64,000 nt of DNA from Patescibacteria group bacterium (lineage in GTDB: Bacteria > Patescibacteriota > Patescibacteriia > Buchananbacterales > SURF-54). Location of the stretch: assembly GCA_018818885.1 (NCBI GenBank), contig JAHIRB010000007.1, forward strand, positions 18,357 through 82,356. Direction: 5' to 3'. Made by a program: the position numbers and the translations under genes. Under the pieces are notes generated by a model. That model was given only the letters and a program-made list of their open reading frames with translations, was not told the DNA's origin and did no database searches. This document shows positions 28,629 to 39,254 of this stretch, one piece after another; position 1 is the first letter of the stretch, and each line of letters opens with the position of its first letter.

Positions 28629-29768
28629 TTAATTATGTCTTTGCCTAGAAACATTGGCTAACAAACCTGCTGCAGCAAAAAGTGTCATAAGCGAGGTTCC
28701 CCCGTAACTAATGAATGGTAATGGTACTCCGGTTAAAGGAGCAAGGCCAATCATGGCAGCAATATTTATAAATGACTGAAAAATTATCCAAGTAATAATT
28801 CCCACCACTAAATATTTTCCAAAATTATCAGGTGCATTACTGGCAAGTTTAAAGCCTTTGATCATCAATATGATAAATAATACTATCAATAATGCTGAAA
28901 AAATAAAACCTATTTCTTCTCCTATTATAGCAAATATTGAATCTCCCGTAACTTCTGGTAAATATGAAAATTTCTGAATTGATTTTCCAAAACCTCGCCC
29001 TAACCAACCACCAGAGCCAACAGCAAGTATCGCTTGATTTAAGTGATAACCAATGCCTTCTGGATCTGTTCCTGGATGCAAAAATACTAGCAAACGATTA
29101 AAACGATATGGGGCCTGAAATATTAGTAAAGTTAATAACGCAGCTCCCATTCCGCCAAAAAATATTAAATGCAAAATTTTAGCACCTGCCACAAAAAATA
29201 TTGTTAAAGCAATAACTACTATTATTGATGCGGTGCCAACATCTGGCTGCAAAACTACTAGTCCTAAAACAACTCCAAGTAGCACAACAAAAGGAACAAA
29301 GCTAATACGAAAATGTTGCAAATCTTGCTTTGTTTTTATGCTAAACCACGCTGCTAAATATATTGTTAAAGTCAATTTTATTATTTCGGAAGGTTGCAAA
29401 GAAAATCCACCAATACTTAGCCAACTTTTTGCATAGCCATATGATGCAGCAAGTCCAGGCACAAAAAGTGCTACTAAAAGTAAAATATTTCCACCCAAAA
29501 TCAATAAACTCCATTTTTTCCAAAAGTGATAATCAACACGATACAAAATATAAAAAAGTACCAACCCAGGTAATACGCCTACAGTAATTTGATGGATCAA
29601 CAAATAATATGTGCTACTATACTTTTGATAGCTAATTACACTCGAGGCAGAAGAAAGCACAACTAGCCCAAATAAAATAATAAATCCTATTATTCCCAAA
29701 ATAAAATAATCTGGTGGTGGGTCCAACAGTGTTTTAGAAAAAATCTTATTTAATATTTTTTTCTTCAT
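28629..29768 (-). CDS. ftsW: SEDS protein FtsW
   Basis: LQPSE, QPDVGT, DSIFAIIGEEIG, TGVPLPFISYGG; in dcw cluster. Confidence 0.93.
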   Translation of the reverse strand: MKKKILNKIFSKTLLDPPPDYFILGIIGFIILFGLVVLSSASSVISYQKYSSTYYLLIHQITVGVLPGLVLFYILYRVDYHFWKKWSLLILGGNILLLVALFVPGLAASYGYAKSWLSIGGFSLQPSEIIKLTLTIYLAAWFSIKTKQDLQHFRISFVPFVVLLGVVLGLVVLQPDVGTASIIVVIALTIFFVAGAKILHLIFFGGMGAALLTLLIFQAPYRFNRLLVFLHPGTDPEGIGYHLNQAILAVGSGGWLGRGFGKSIQKFSYLPEVTGDSIFAIIGEEIGFIFSALLIVLFIILMIKGFKLASNAPDNFGKYLVVGIITWIIFQSFINIAAMIGLAPLTGVPLPFISYGGTSLMTLFAAAGLLANVSRQRHN

Positions 29769-31168
29769 TTCAACTTCTTTACAATATTTACAAATTGATC
29801 ACCACGATCAAATTCGTTGGTGAACAAATTAAAACTTGCACAGGCAGGTGAAAGAAGTACTATATCATTTTTCTTAGCAAGACTATTGGCGATTGATACT
29901 GCCTCAACCATAGAACTAACTTCACTTATTAATGATTTGAATTTTACTTTTTTTAACCTAGGAATTATATTTTTACTACCCTCGCCTTTTAATAAAACTA
30001 ATGCGTGGCAATTTTTCTTAATTTCTTTTGCTAAATTTTCAAATTTTAACTTTTTATCAGTACCTCCAGCAATCAATACAATGTTTTTCTTCTTTGCAAT
30101 TGTTTTTAATGCTGCTATAGTTGCGTCTGGAGTTGTGGAAGCTGTGTCATTATAATACTTGATATTATTGATTTCTTTAATAAATTGTAGCCTACTTTCT
30201 ACTCCACTAAATTTTGAAAGTACTTTTTTGATTTGTAGTTTTGGCACACCTAGTAATTTTGCTACGGTAACAGCCGCTAAAACATTTTCTATGTTATGTT
30301 CTCCCAAAATCTTGACTGCAGAAACTGACGCAACTTTAGTTTCTTTTCCGTCAAGACGAAATACTATGTTTTTATTTTTTACAAAACTACCATTTTCATT
30401 TTTAAATTCTTTTTTCGAAAACCAAAATCTCCTACCGCAGACTAATTTGCCCATTGCTTTGGTGTGTTGATTGTCGCGATTCAAAACAGCTACGTCAAAA
30501 TATCTTTGGTATCTCAATATATTTTCTTTTGCTCTAATATATTCTTTAAATGATTTGTAACGATTAAGGTGGTCTGGCATAACGTTTGTTACAACAGCAA
30601 TATTGGGACAAAGTTTTTGGTCTCCAAGATTTTCTAAATGCCAAGAAGATAGTTCCAGTACTACCTCGTTTTGACCCTTGATTTGATCAATAACATTAAA
30701 CATTGGCACAGTACCAATATTTCCAGCAAGCTTTATCTTTTTAAATTTTTTCTTTAAAAGTTCGTAAATTAAAGTTGTGGTAGTTGATTTTCCTCGAGTG
30801 CCTGTTATGCCTAATATTTTTTGAGGATTATGAAGTTTAAAAAATAATGTTGCTTCGTTTTCTATTTGTACTCCAGCTTTTTGAGCAATTTTTAAAAATT
30901 TAGATTCTTTTGGCACAGCTGGATTTTGTACAATAATATCATTTTGTATAAAATCATTATATTGATGACCACCCAAATGATAAGTTATGTTGAGTGGTTT
31001 TAAACTATTTACTGAATCTATTAATTGATTTTTTGTTTTTAAGTCTGTAACAATAACCTTGGCTCCAGCTTTTACCATCCATCTTGCAACAGAAACACCG
31101 CCTCCGTGCAAACCAAGGCCCATAATTAATACATTCTTTTTTTTAAAATCAGACTTTTGTAGTTGCAT
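29765..31168 (-). CDS. murD: UDP-MurNAc-L-Ala-D-glutamate ligase
   Basis: GTRGKSTT, ELSS, DHLNRY, SPACASF, RGDQF. Confidence 0.95.
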   Translation of the reverse strand: MQLQKSDFKKKNVLIMGLGLHGGGVSVARWMVKAGAKVIVTDLKTKNQLIDSVNSLKPLNITYHLGGHQYNDFIQNDIIVQNPAVPKESKFLKIAQKAGVQIENEATLFFKLHNPQKILGITGTRGKSTTTTLIYELLKKKFKKIKLAGNIGTVPMFNVIDQIKGQNEVVLELSSWHLENLGDQKLCPNIAVVTNVMPDHLNRYKSFKEYIRAKENILRYQRYFDVAVLNRDNQHTKAMGKLVCGRRFWFSKKEFKNENGSFVKNKNIVFRLDGKETKVASVSAVKILGEHNIENVLAAVTVAKLLGVPKLQIKKVLSKFSGVESRLQFIKEINNIKYYNDTASTTPDATIAALKTIAKKKNIVLIAGGTDKKLKFENLAKEIKKNCHALVLLKGEGSKNIIPRLKKVKFKSLISEVSSMVEAVSIANSLAKKNDIVLLSPACASFNLFTNEFDRGDQFVNIVKKLK

Positions 31169-31169
31169 A

Positions 31170-31880
31170 TTATTTTATACCTATTATTGCTGCCATACTT
31201 TCAACTTGTCTTGGTTTATCTCGACGATATGAAAAGTATTTATCATTTTGACAATAAGTACACTCATCACTAATTTCGATATTATTTTTAGATACTCCTG
31301 TGCTAACTATTTGATCGTAGGCGTACGACTTTAAATCAATATAGTTAATATCGTTTTTTTTGATTTGATACTTTGCATCGATTTGCTCTAAAACATCATC
31401 CTTAACTTCAAAATGACATTTACCAATTCCTGGGCCAATGGCAACTTTAACGTTATTAATATCTGAATTAAGTTTACTTAATTCATCAAAAAAGTTTGGA
31501 ATTATTCCTTTAGTTAAACTTTTCCAGCCAGAATGCATAACTCCGCAGATTGAATTTTTTGAATCGTAAATAAAAATTGGTAGACAGTCGGCAATTGTTA
31601 CCATCAAAAAAATACCTTTTTTATTTGTAATTAAAGCATCACAATTTTTTACTACTTGATTGTTATTTTCAACAATACAGATGTTTTTCCCGTGTATTAA
31701 ATCTCCTAAAACTATTTGTTTAAAATTAATACCCAATAAGCTAGCAAATTTTTTTTGATTATTGATTACTTCAATTTTGTTATTTGTATCGATTCTTTGA
31801 TTCCCCAATTGCTTTGTAGAAAATCCACAAATTATTTCTGTTTTACTGGCAAAAATTTCAGGGATTATAATGTCTGACAT
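31170..31880 (-). CDS. pgeF: Peptidoglycan editing factor PgeF (YfiH/laccase domain)
   Basis: ADCLP, HSGW, GPGI..C.FEV, CTYC..FSYRR. Confidence 0.92.
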   Translation of the reverse strand: MSDIIIPEIFASKTEIICGFSTKQLGNQRIDTNNKIEVINNQKKFASLLGINFKQIVLGDLIHGKNICIVENNNQVVKNCDALITNKKGIFLMVTIADCLPIFIYDSKNSICGVMHSGWKSLTKGIIPNFFDELSKLNSDINNVKVAIGPGIGKCHFEVKDDVLEQIDAKYQIKKNDINYIDLKSYAYDQIVSTGVSKNNIEISDECTYCQNDKYFSYRRDKPRQVESMAAIIGIK

Positions 31881-31881
31881 T

Positions 31882-32922
31882 TTATGTTCTGTCGATTAAA
31901 AATATAATTAACCCAATTACTGCTGTAACACCAGAAACTACCCAAAGACGCATTACAATTTTTGGTTCGGGCCAACCAATTGCTTGAAGATGATGATGAA
32001 AAGGCGAAGAAAGAAATATTTTCTTTTTTCTAATTGATTTAGAAGCCCACTGTAATAAAACTGATGAAGTTTCCATCACAAAAATAAACCCGATAATAGG
32101 TAACAATAATGATGCATTAGTAAGCATAGCAATCACACCCAAAGTTACCCCTAAAGACATTGCACCAGTATCCCCCATAAAAAATCTTGCGGGGTTAATG
32201 TTGTACCATAAAAATGCTAACAGTGCTCCAATAATTACTCCGCAAAATGTTGCTAAATCAAATCTTCCTTTAGCAAAAGCAATTGACCCATATGCTGCAA
32301 AAGCTACTAAAAGTGTTCCTCCCGCTAAACCATCAAGGCCGTCGGTTAAATTGACTGAATGAGCTGTGGCTATAATGATAAAAATAAAAAATGGAATATA
32401 CCACAATCCAATATCAAAATTTCCAAAAAACGGAATATACAAGGTTGTCCAATCCAATTTAAAGTAAAACCATAAAGCACCTACTGTTGCAATGATAGCG
32501 TAAATTAAAAATCGATGTCTCATCCTAAGACCACCCCCATTATGCCCGACTTTCCAAATATCGATTAAATCATCAATCAAGCCCACAATAGCAGAAGCAA
32601 CTAACGCCCCAAGGGGAAGCAATGTTTCACTTCTAGAAAGAAAATTGAGTTGGGTAAATACTCCGTTAAATATTTGTGATAAAAAATAAAATCCTAAAGC
32701 AAAAACTAAAACTGTTACCCAAATTAAAACACCACCCATCGTAGGTGTGCCTTTTTTACTTTTGTGTAATTTAGAAAATATTGGTGCAGATTTTTCGTCT
32801 CTGATTTGCTTGCCTAATTTAAACTTATACAAAAAATGTGTAAGTAGTGGCGTCCAGAGCATTGTAACGATAAATGCTAAGGTTGTTAGAAAAAATATTT
32901 TTGTGATATAAATGTTTTCCAT
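31882..32922 (-). CDS. mraY: Phospho-MurNAc-pentapeptide transferase
   Basis: KKGTPTMGG, NLTDGLDGL, FMGDTG, PFHHH. Confidence 0.97.
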   Translation of the reverse strand: MENIYITKIFFLTTLAFIVTMLWTPLLTHFLYKFKLGKQIRDEKSAPIFSKLHKSKKGTPTMGGVLIWVTVLVFALGFYFLSQIFNGVFTQLNFLSRSETLLPLGALVASAIVGLIDDLIDIWKVGHNGGGLRMRHRFLIYAIIATVGALWFYFKLDWTTLYIPFFGNFDIGLWYIPFFIFIIIATAHSVNLTDGLDGLAGGTLLVAFAAYGSIAFAKGRFDLATFCGVIIGALLAFLWYNINPARFFMGDTGAMSLGVTLGVIAMLTNASLLLPIIGFIFVMETSSVLLQWASKSIRKKKIFLSSPFHHHLQAIGWPEPKIVMRLWVVSGVTAVIGLIIFLIDRT

Positions 32923-32927
32923 TTGCT

Positions 32928-33314
32928 TTAAGTTTTTATGTTGATAATTAAAATGCCTGCTAAAAACAACAAAAATTCATAAAAAATTGTTGCTAGTATA
33001 ATAAGGTTACTTAAAAGTTTAGCCTTTAAATAGAACATCTGAGCTAACAAAAAGTTCATAACTAATATTATTGTTCCAGCAACAGGTATTAATAGAATAT
33101 TGATTGCCGAGCCAAAAAAATCCACTCCAAAATAAATGTTATAGTGCAAAGCAATGTGCTCTTGTGAAACATTAAATTTAATATACAAAATTATCCACGT
33201 TGCAGTATTAAATATAATGGAAAGTAGTAAGCTTATCTGCGTTATCCGCTGTCTTAAAAAAAGGCTTTTAAAAAACCTCTTGTTTGTAGTTATGTCTGTT
33301 AATAAATTAAGCAT
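32928..33314 (-). CDS. Hypothetical membrane protein
   Basis: Three TM segments; LHYNIYFGVD. Confidence 0.75.
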   Translation of the reverse strand: MLNLLTDITTNKRFFKSLFLRQRITQISLLLSIIFNTATWIILYIKFNVSQEHIALHYNIYFGVDFFGSAINILLIPVAGTIILVMNFLLAQMFYLKAKLLSNLIILATIFYEFLLFLAGILIINIKT

Positions 33315-33407
33315 AATATATTACATCTAATACATAAAATATACAAAATAAATGCAACTTTGTCTATAATGGCACAAATATTACTAATATGTTATAATAT
33401 ATCCACT

Positions 33408-35144
33408 ATGTTAACACCCAAACAACTAAAAAGCATACTTGTTGAGGAAGGTGTGCTTTCAGAAAAAGAGTTAGAACTAAATTTAAAGGAGGCCGAAAAA
33501 GAAGGAGTTTCTTTAGAAGAATATCTTGAAGCAAAAAAACTTGTTTCTCAACATGATATTTATAATGCTGCAGCTAAACACTATAAAGTTGCATTTATTG
33601 AGTTAAAGAATTTGACCATCAGAAAGGACATCTTGTTATTAATTCCAGAACCTATTGCACAAACTCATAAAATTATTGCTTTTGAAAAAAATAATAATAA
33701 ACTTAAAATTGCAGCGCTAGACCCACAAGACTTGGAAATATTTGAATTTTTAAGAAAAAAAACTGGCCTAGAAGTTGAAATTCATTTAACAACACCCCAA
33801 AATCTTAATGACGTTTTAAAACAATACCACAAAGGCCTAAAGGCAGAATTTGAAAAAATAACAGAAAAGAAAGCAACAGAAACAACTGACGAGAAAACAG
33901 GTGATAAGCTAAAAGAATTAGCAGAAGACCTCCCGGTTATTCGAATAGTTGATACATTGCTTGAATACGCAATTATTGAAAACGCCTCTGATATTCATAT
34001 CGAGCCATTAGAAAAAGAAGTTAATGTCCGGTACCGAATTGACGGTATTTTAAGAAATGTGATGACTCTACCTAAATCAGTTCATGCAGGTGTTATAGCT
34101 CGTATTAAAATATTATCTCACTTAAAACTAGACGAACACCGCCTACCTCAAGATGGGAGATTTAAAGTTGTTAACCCAGAATATAAGGTTGCTTTTAGAG
34201 TTTCGATAATGCCAACTTTTGATGGCGAAAAAGCAGTTTTGAGATTGTTGAACGAAAATTCCCAAAAGCTGACTCTAGAGCAACTTGGTTTTCAAAACAA
34301 ACCGCTAGAAATTATTCAAAGAAACATTAAAAAACCTCATGGCATGATTTTAGTTACTGGCCCAACGGGATCAGGAAAAACAACTACTCTGTACACAATT
34401 CTAAACATCTTGAATAGAACAGAAGTAAACATTTGCACTATAGAAGACCCAATCGAATATAGAATGCAACATATTAACCAAAGCCAAGTCAGCCCAAAAA
34501 TTGGTTTTAATTTTGCCACCGGCTTAAGATCTTTCTTAAGGCAAGATCCAGACATTATTATGGTTGGTGAAATTCGTGATACTGAAACTGCAGAAATTGC
34601 TGTTCACGCAGCCATGACAGGCCATCTAGTACTTTCAACACTGCACACAAATGATGCCGTAACCACATTGCCTAGATTAAGTGATATGAACATACCTTCA
34701 TTTTTAGTTGCTTCTACAACCAATATAATTATAGCTCAACGTTTGGTAAGAAAAATCTGCCAAGAATGCGTAGAAAGTTACAATTTAGATAAAAATGCAA
34801 TTAAGGAATTGGAAAAACAAGTAGATTTAGAAAAAATATTTAAAAAATTGGAAAACGAAAAAGAAATACTTCCAGGAAGACAGAAAATTGATAGCTTATT
34901 ATTCTATCGAGGTAAGGGATGTAGTAGATGCAATAAGACAGGGTACAAAGGAAGGATTGGCATCTACGAAGTACTTGAGATAAATGAAGAAATCTCAACT
35001 TTAATACAAAAAAACGCCAAAACTGATAAGTTGCTTGAAGCTGTAGAAAAACAAGGCATGATTACTATTCTAGAAGATGGTTTTATCAAAGCAAAAAATG
35101 GCATTACTACGCTAGAAGAGATACTTCGGGTCACAAAAGAATAA
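33408..35144 (+). CDS. pilB: Type IV pilus assembly ATPase PilB/GspE
   Basis: ASDIHIEP, GPTGSGKTT, LRQDPD, GHLVLSTLH; start 33408. Confidence 0.94.
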   Translation: MLTPKQLKSILVEEGVLSEKELELNLKEAEKEGVSLEEYLEAKKLVSQHDIYNAAAKHYKVAFIELKNLTIRKDILLLIPEPIAQTHKIIAFEKNNNKLKIAALDPQDLEIFEFLRKKTGLEVEIHLTTPQNLNDVLKQYHKGLKAEFEKITEKKATETTDEKTGDKLKELAEDLPVIRIVDTLLEYAIIENASDIHIEPLEKEVNVRYRIDGILRNVMTLPKSVHAGVIARIKILSHLKLDEHRLPQDGRFKVVNPEYKVAFRVSIMPTFDGEKAVLRLLNENSQKLTLEQLGFQNKPLEIIQRNIKKPHGMILVTGPTGSGKTTTLYTILNILNRTEVNICTIEDPIEYRMQHINQSQVSPKIGFNFATGLRSFLRQDPDIIMVGEIRDTETAEIAVHAAMTGHLVLSTLHTNDAVTTLPRLSDMNIPSFLVASTTNIIIAQRLVRKICQECVESYNLDKNAIKELEKQVDLEKIFKKLENEKEILPGRQKIDSLLFYRGKGCSRCNKTGYKGRIGIYEVLEINEEISTLIQKNAKTDKLLEAVEKQGMITILEDGFIKAKNGITTLEEILRVTKE

Positions 35145-35161
35145 AATTACTTAAAACAAAA

Positions 35162-36244
35162 ATGCAACCTTTATTTGAAAAAATAAAAAAATTTACAATA
35201 AATCTGCAAAGAGTTCCTGTTTCTCAAAAAATATTTTTTGTTCAACAGTTGGGCATTATGATAAAAACCGGCATTTCGCTTTCTGTAGCTTTAAACACTT
35301 TAAGCCGTCAAGCCTCAAATAAAAAATTTAAAACCATACTTTTATCTTTAAAAAGTGAAGTAGAAAAAGGAAATTTACTTTCTAAAGGTTTAGAAAAATA
35401 CTCCCAGGATTTCGGTGAGCTTTTTATTAATATGATAAAAACTGGAGAAACTTCTGGTAAGTTAGAGGACGTCTTAAAACAATTATATATTCAGATGAAA
35501 AAAGATCACGAGATTGTGGGTAAGGTAAAGGGTGCCTTAATCTATCCAGCGATTGTTATTACCATGATGATAGTAATAGGAATTTTAATGATGGTTTACG
35601 TTATCCCAAATATCACATCAATTTTTGAAGAAGTAAACGCTCAAATCCCACTTTTTACTAGAATATTAATATGGTTAAGTAAATTTATTACAGCCAATGG
35701 AATTTTAGTAGCTGCTGTTTCATTAATATCGATAACAATTTTTGTTCGCCTAATAACTTGGGAAAAAGGTAAATTTCAATTTCATAGAATTTTATTAAGG
35801 ACACCGGTTGTTGGAAAAATAATAGTAAAAATAAATTTAGCAAGATTCTGCAGAACACTTAGCTCTTTATTAAAAACAGATATACCTATTGTAAAAACTT
35901 TTGGCATAACTGCAGATGTATTAAGCAATCGCTTATACCGAAAAGCGTTAAATGAGGCTAAGGAACAAATACAAAAAGGGGTTAGTATAGAAAAATCTTT
36001 AAATGTTTACCCTAAACTTTTTCCACCAGTAATTTTGCAAATGATTGCAGTGGGCGAAGACACAGGTTCTTTAGACGACGTATTACAAGAATCAGCAATT
36101 TTTTACGAAGACGAAGTATCCCAAACCATGGATAATTTACCATCTATAATGGAACCAGTTTTAATGGTTATTTTAGGTCTTGGAGTTGCTGCCATGGCAG
36201 TTGCTGTTATTATGCCAATGTACAGCTTAAGCCAAGCAATTTAA
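35162..36244 (+). CDS. pilC: Type IV pilus platform protein PilC/GspF
   Basis: GETSGKL, ALIYP, GEDTGSL, EPV. Confidence 0.93.
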   Translation: MQPLFEKIKKFTINLQRVPVSQKIFFVQQLGIMIKTGISLSVALNTLSRQASNKKFKTILLSLKSEVEKGNLLSKGLEKYSQDFGELFINMIKTGETSGKLEDVLKQLYIQMKKDHEIVGKVKGALIYPAIVITMMIVIGILMMVYVIPNITSIFEEVNAQIPLFTRILIWLSKFITANGILVAAVSLISITIFVRLITWEKGKFQFHRILLRTPVVGKIIVKINLARFCRTLSSLLKTDIPIVKTFGITADVLSNRLYRKALNEAKEQIQKGVSIEKSLNVYPKLFPPVILQMIAVGEDTGSLDDVLQESAIFYEDEVSQTMDNLPSIMEPVLMVILGLGVAAMAVAVIMPMYSLSQAI

Positions 36245-36249
36245 TATGA

Positions 36250-36358
36250 CCCAGTAGTGATCCCGTAAAATTTAAATTACTATTGGATTATAAAAACATA
36301 AAAAAATTTGGAATAATTAATAAATATAATAAATGCCATTTACGGGACTACTACCGGG
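36250..36358. mobile_element. Start-codon-inserted hairpin MITE-like element (type A, 109 bp)
   Basis: IRs CCC(A/G)GTAGT-NN-TCCCGTAAA flanked by TATGA on both sides. Confidence 0.85.
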
Positions 36359-36359
36359 T

Positions 36360-38633
36360 ATGAAAACCAAAAATCAAAAAGGACTATCTTTAATCGAAGT
36401 ATTATTTTCGGTTTTTATTTTGGCTATTTTGAGTATAGGAATTTTTTCTCTGTTCCAAATTGCTTTGAATGTTTTAGCAGAAAATAAAGCCAGAGTTGGT
36501 GCAGTTTCGTTAGCCAACGAAAAAATGGAAATTATCAGAAACTTATCATACGAAAATGTTGGTACAGATGGCGGATGGCCATCAGGAGATCTTGAACAAA
36601 CAGAACTTATTACTAAAAACAATATTGAATATACTGTTAATATAGCTATTAATTACGTTGATGATCTTTTTGATGGTGATTGTGACACTGACTTAGATTG
36701 CAATGATTATAAAGACGTTGAAATCGAAGTGCTGTGGACTGGGCATTTGGGTGTGCGTAACGTGATTATGAGAACAGCAGTTGCGCCACGAGGTTTAGAA
36801 ACGATGACTGGCGGAGTTTTAAGAGTGAGTGTATTTGATGCTAATGGTGATCCTGTGGATAACGCACAAGTCCACTTAGTTAATAATATTATTTCTCCAA
36901 CAATTAATACAAATTTTTATACTAATGATAGTGGTCAGGTAATTATTCCTGATCTTGAAGAATCATTAAACACATACCAACTAGATGTAACAAAGATAGT
37001 AGTCCCAGGGGAGACAGAATACAGTATTGATAGGACTTGTGCTATTGATTCTAATTTTGCAGATTGCACAAACGGTAATGCAGACCCAACCAAACCACAC
37101 GCCTCAGTAATCGAAAGTGAAATTACAGAAATTAGTTTTGCCATTGACCTTGTCTCGACTTTAACCATAAGAACAGTTAATCAAACTACGCCTTTGGCAT
37201 GGATAGTTAATACCGGCGACCTTTCAGAAGATCAAGACAACCCAGCCATTACGGTGTGTGATAGTGGCGAATATATTTTTGGTTGGCGAGATGATGATTA
37301 TGGTATAGATAAAATATATAGCCAAAGATACGACGAATATGGTGAAGTGATTTGGGTAGAAGATAAAGCGATTTCAACGGCTTCGAAACAAAACAATATA
37401 GACTTAGCCGTAGATAATGATTGTAATATTTATGCTACTTGGCAAGATGATAGAGACGATAAAGGTAATGAAGATGTGTATTTTGTTAGTTACGATGACA
37501 ACGGAGATGATCGTTGGGACGGCGAAAAAAAGATAGTCACAGAAGCTGAAAGTTCAGATCAAAGCTGGCCAAAAATCACTCTAAACACTGCTAAAGATAG
37601 AGCTTATATTGCATGGGAAGATGAAAGAAATGATAATGGCGATATCTACATTATAAAATATGATATTTCATCAGAAGAAACTCCACTATCAGTAGTAGCA
37701 GAATTCGATCCAGCAATAAAGGTAAATTCTGATTCAATTGGTTCAGCGCAGGAAAAACCAGTGGTAGCTAACGATACAGATGATAATATTTACGTTGTTT
37801 GGGAAGATGATAGAAATTTTAATTATGATATTTATGCTCAAAAATTAAATAGTGATGGAACCAAGTTGTGGTCTGACACAAAAATAAATTCTGATTCTGG
37901 CGCATCTCAAGAAAATCCAGATATCGCACTTGATTCTTCAGACAATTTGTATGTTGTCTGGCAGGATTTTAGAAGTGATAATGATTATGACATTTATATT
38001 CAAAAATACGATAGCTCTGGCAATAGATTGTGGGCATTAGAAGATATTAAAGTAAATTCTGATTCTTCTGACGCATCTCAAGAAAATCCTGTAATAGCAG
38101 TATATGACCCCGGAACACCAGCTGATATTAGAATTTATGTCGTCTGGCAAGATTACAGAAACAGTAACTCTGATATATACATGCAAATTTTTGATTACAA
38201 TGGTAATAAACAATTAGATTATGATCTCAATATTGGAAATGGTAGTGCAGACCAAGAAAATCCAGATATAATAATTTCTCCGATCACTGGGTTTCCAACA
38301 ATAACCTGGCAAGACAACACCAACGGCGATTGGGATATAATAGCAGCGCAATACGGAGACACAATAGAAAACGGTGGTAACGTTGCAAATGTGGCTTTTG
38401 ACATGTCTGGCTCAAAAACTATTGGTGAAGATATAAACGAAGATCCTATCTATAAATATAACAATATTACCCTACAAACTGACGGTACTGGGACTCTAAT
38501 ACTTACAAATATGGAATGGGATACATACACAATTAATCTTGATCCTGACCGCACACTTCTAATGTCAGAACCCCCTATCCCCTTCTTATTAAATCCCAAT
38601 ACTTCGTTAACCGTATTTCTAAATGTTGAATAG
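36360..38633 (+). CDS. Large minor pilin with prepilin motif and repeat (propeller-like) insert
   Basis: QKG|LSLIE; repeated VVWQD.R..N.DIY; true start MKTKNQ at 36360. Confidence 0.85.
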   Translation: MKTKNQKGLSLIEVLFSVFILAILSIGIFSLFQIALNVLAENKARVGAVSLANEKMEIIRNLSYENVGTDGGWPSGDLEQTELITKNNIEYTVNIAINYVDDLFDGDCDTDLDCNDYKDVEIEVLWTGHLGVRNVIMRTAVAPRGLETMTGGVLRVSVFDANGDPVDNAQVHLVNNIISPTINTNFYTNDSGQVIIPDLEESLNTYQLDVTKIVVPGETEYSIDRTCAIDSNFADCTNGNADPTKPHASVIESEITEISFAIDLVSTLTIRTVNQTTPLAWIVNTGDLSEDQDNPAITVCDSGEYIFGWRDDDYGIDKIYSQRYDEYGEVIWVEDKAISTASKQNNIDLAVDNDCNIYATWQDDRDDKGNEDVYFVSYDDNGDDRWDGEKKIVTEAESSDQSWPKITLNTAKDRAYIAWEDERNDNGDIYIIKYDISSEETPLSVVAEFDPAIKVNSDSIGSAQEKPVVANDTDDNIYVVWEDDRNFNYDIYAQKLNSDGTKLWSDTKINSDSGASQENPDIALDSSDNLYVVWQDFRSDNDYDIYIQKYDSSGNRLWALEDIKVNSDSSDASQENPVIAVYDPGTPADIRIYVVWQDYRNSNSDIYMQIFDYNGNKQLDYDLNIGNGSADQENPDIIISPITGFPTITWQDNTNGDWDIIAAQYGDTIENGGNVANVAFDMSGSKTIGEDINEDPIYKYNNITLQTDGTGTLILTNMEWDTYTINLDPDRTLLMSEPPIPFLLNPNTSLTVFLNVE

Positions 38634-39237
38634 AAATAAAACTGGATACACATTGCTTGAAATAATATTTGCCATTTCAATATTTACGCTGGCAATAACA
38701 ATGGTTTCTGCCTATATTGTAACAGGTTATAAAACCAGTAGATTTGCAGAGGAGCAAAATGAATCTATTGAGCACGCACGTAAAGGTATCGAAACAATGA
38801 TCGAGGAAATACGAGAAGCAAGCCCAGCCGAGAATGGAGATTTTGCCATAGCAGAAGCAGATGAACAAAATTTTGTATTTTATAGTGATATTGACGTAGA
38901 TCAACAAACCGAAAAAGTAAGGTACTTTTTAGAAGGATCAGACCTTAAAAAAGGCGTTACACAACCTACAGGTTTCCCAGTAACTTATCCAACAGAAAAC
39001 GAAGTGATAACAATCCTTTCTATGTATGTTAGAAATGATACTGATCCAATTTTTTATTTCTACGATGCTACTTGGGCTGGCACAGATACAAATGATTACC
39101 TTACAACACCAGCTTCTCCTAATCAAGTTAATATTATCAGACTAAACTTAGAAATTAATATTAATCCAGCCATTGCACCTAATCCATTTATTTTAGAATC
39201 ATACGTCAACGTCAGAAACCTTAAAGAAAATCTTTAA
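38623..39237 (+). CDS. Minor pilin (PilW-like)
   Basis: G|YTLLE prepilin motif. Confidence 0.85.
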   Translation: MLNRNKTGYTLLEIIFAISIFTLAITMVSAYIVTGYKTSRFAEEQNESIEHARKGIETMIEEIREASPAENGDFAIAEADEQNFVFYSDIDVDQQTEKVRYFLEGSDLKKGVTQPTGFPVTYPTENEVITILSMYVRNDTDPIFYFYDATWAGTDTNDYLTTPASPNQVNIIRLNLEININPAIAPNPFILESYVNVRNLKENL

Positions 39238-39254
39238 TCAAACAACAAATAATA

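Noticed and set aside
36333-36359. N-terminal extension MPFTGLLPG on the large pilin
   Set aside because: Encoded by the inserted hairpin element; the prepilin leader starts at 36360.
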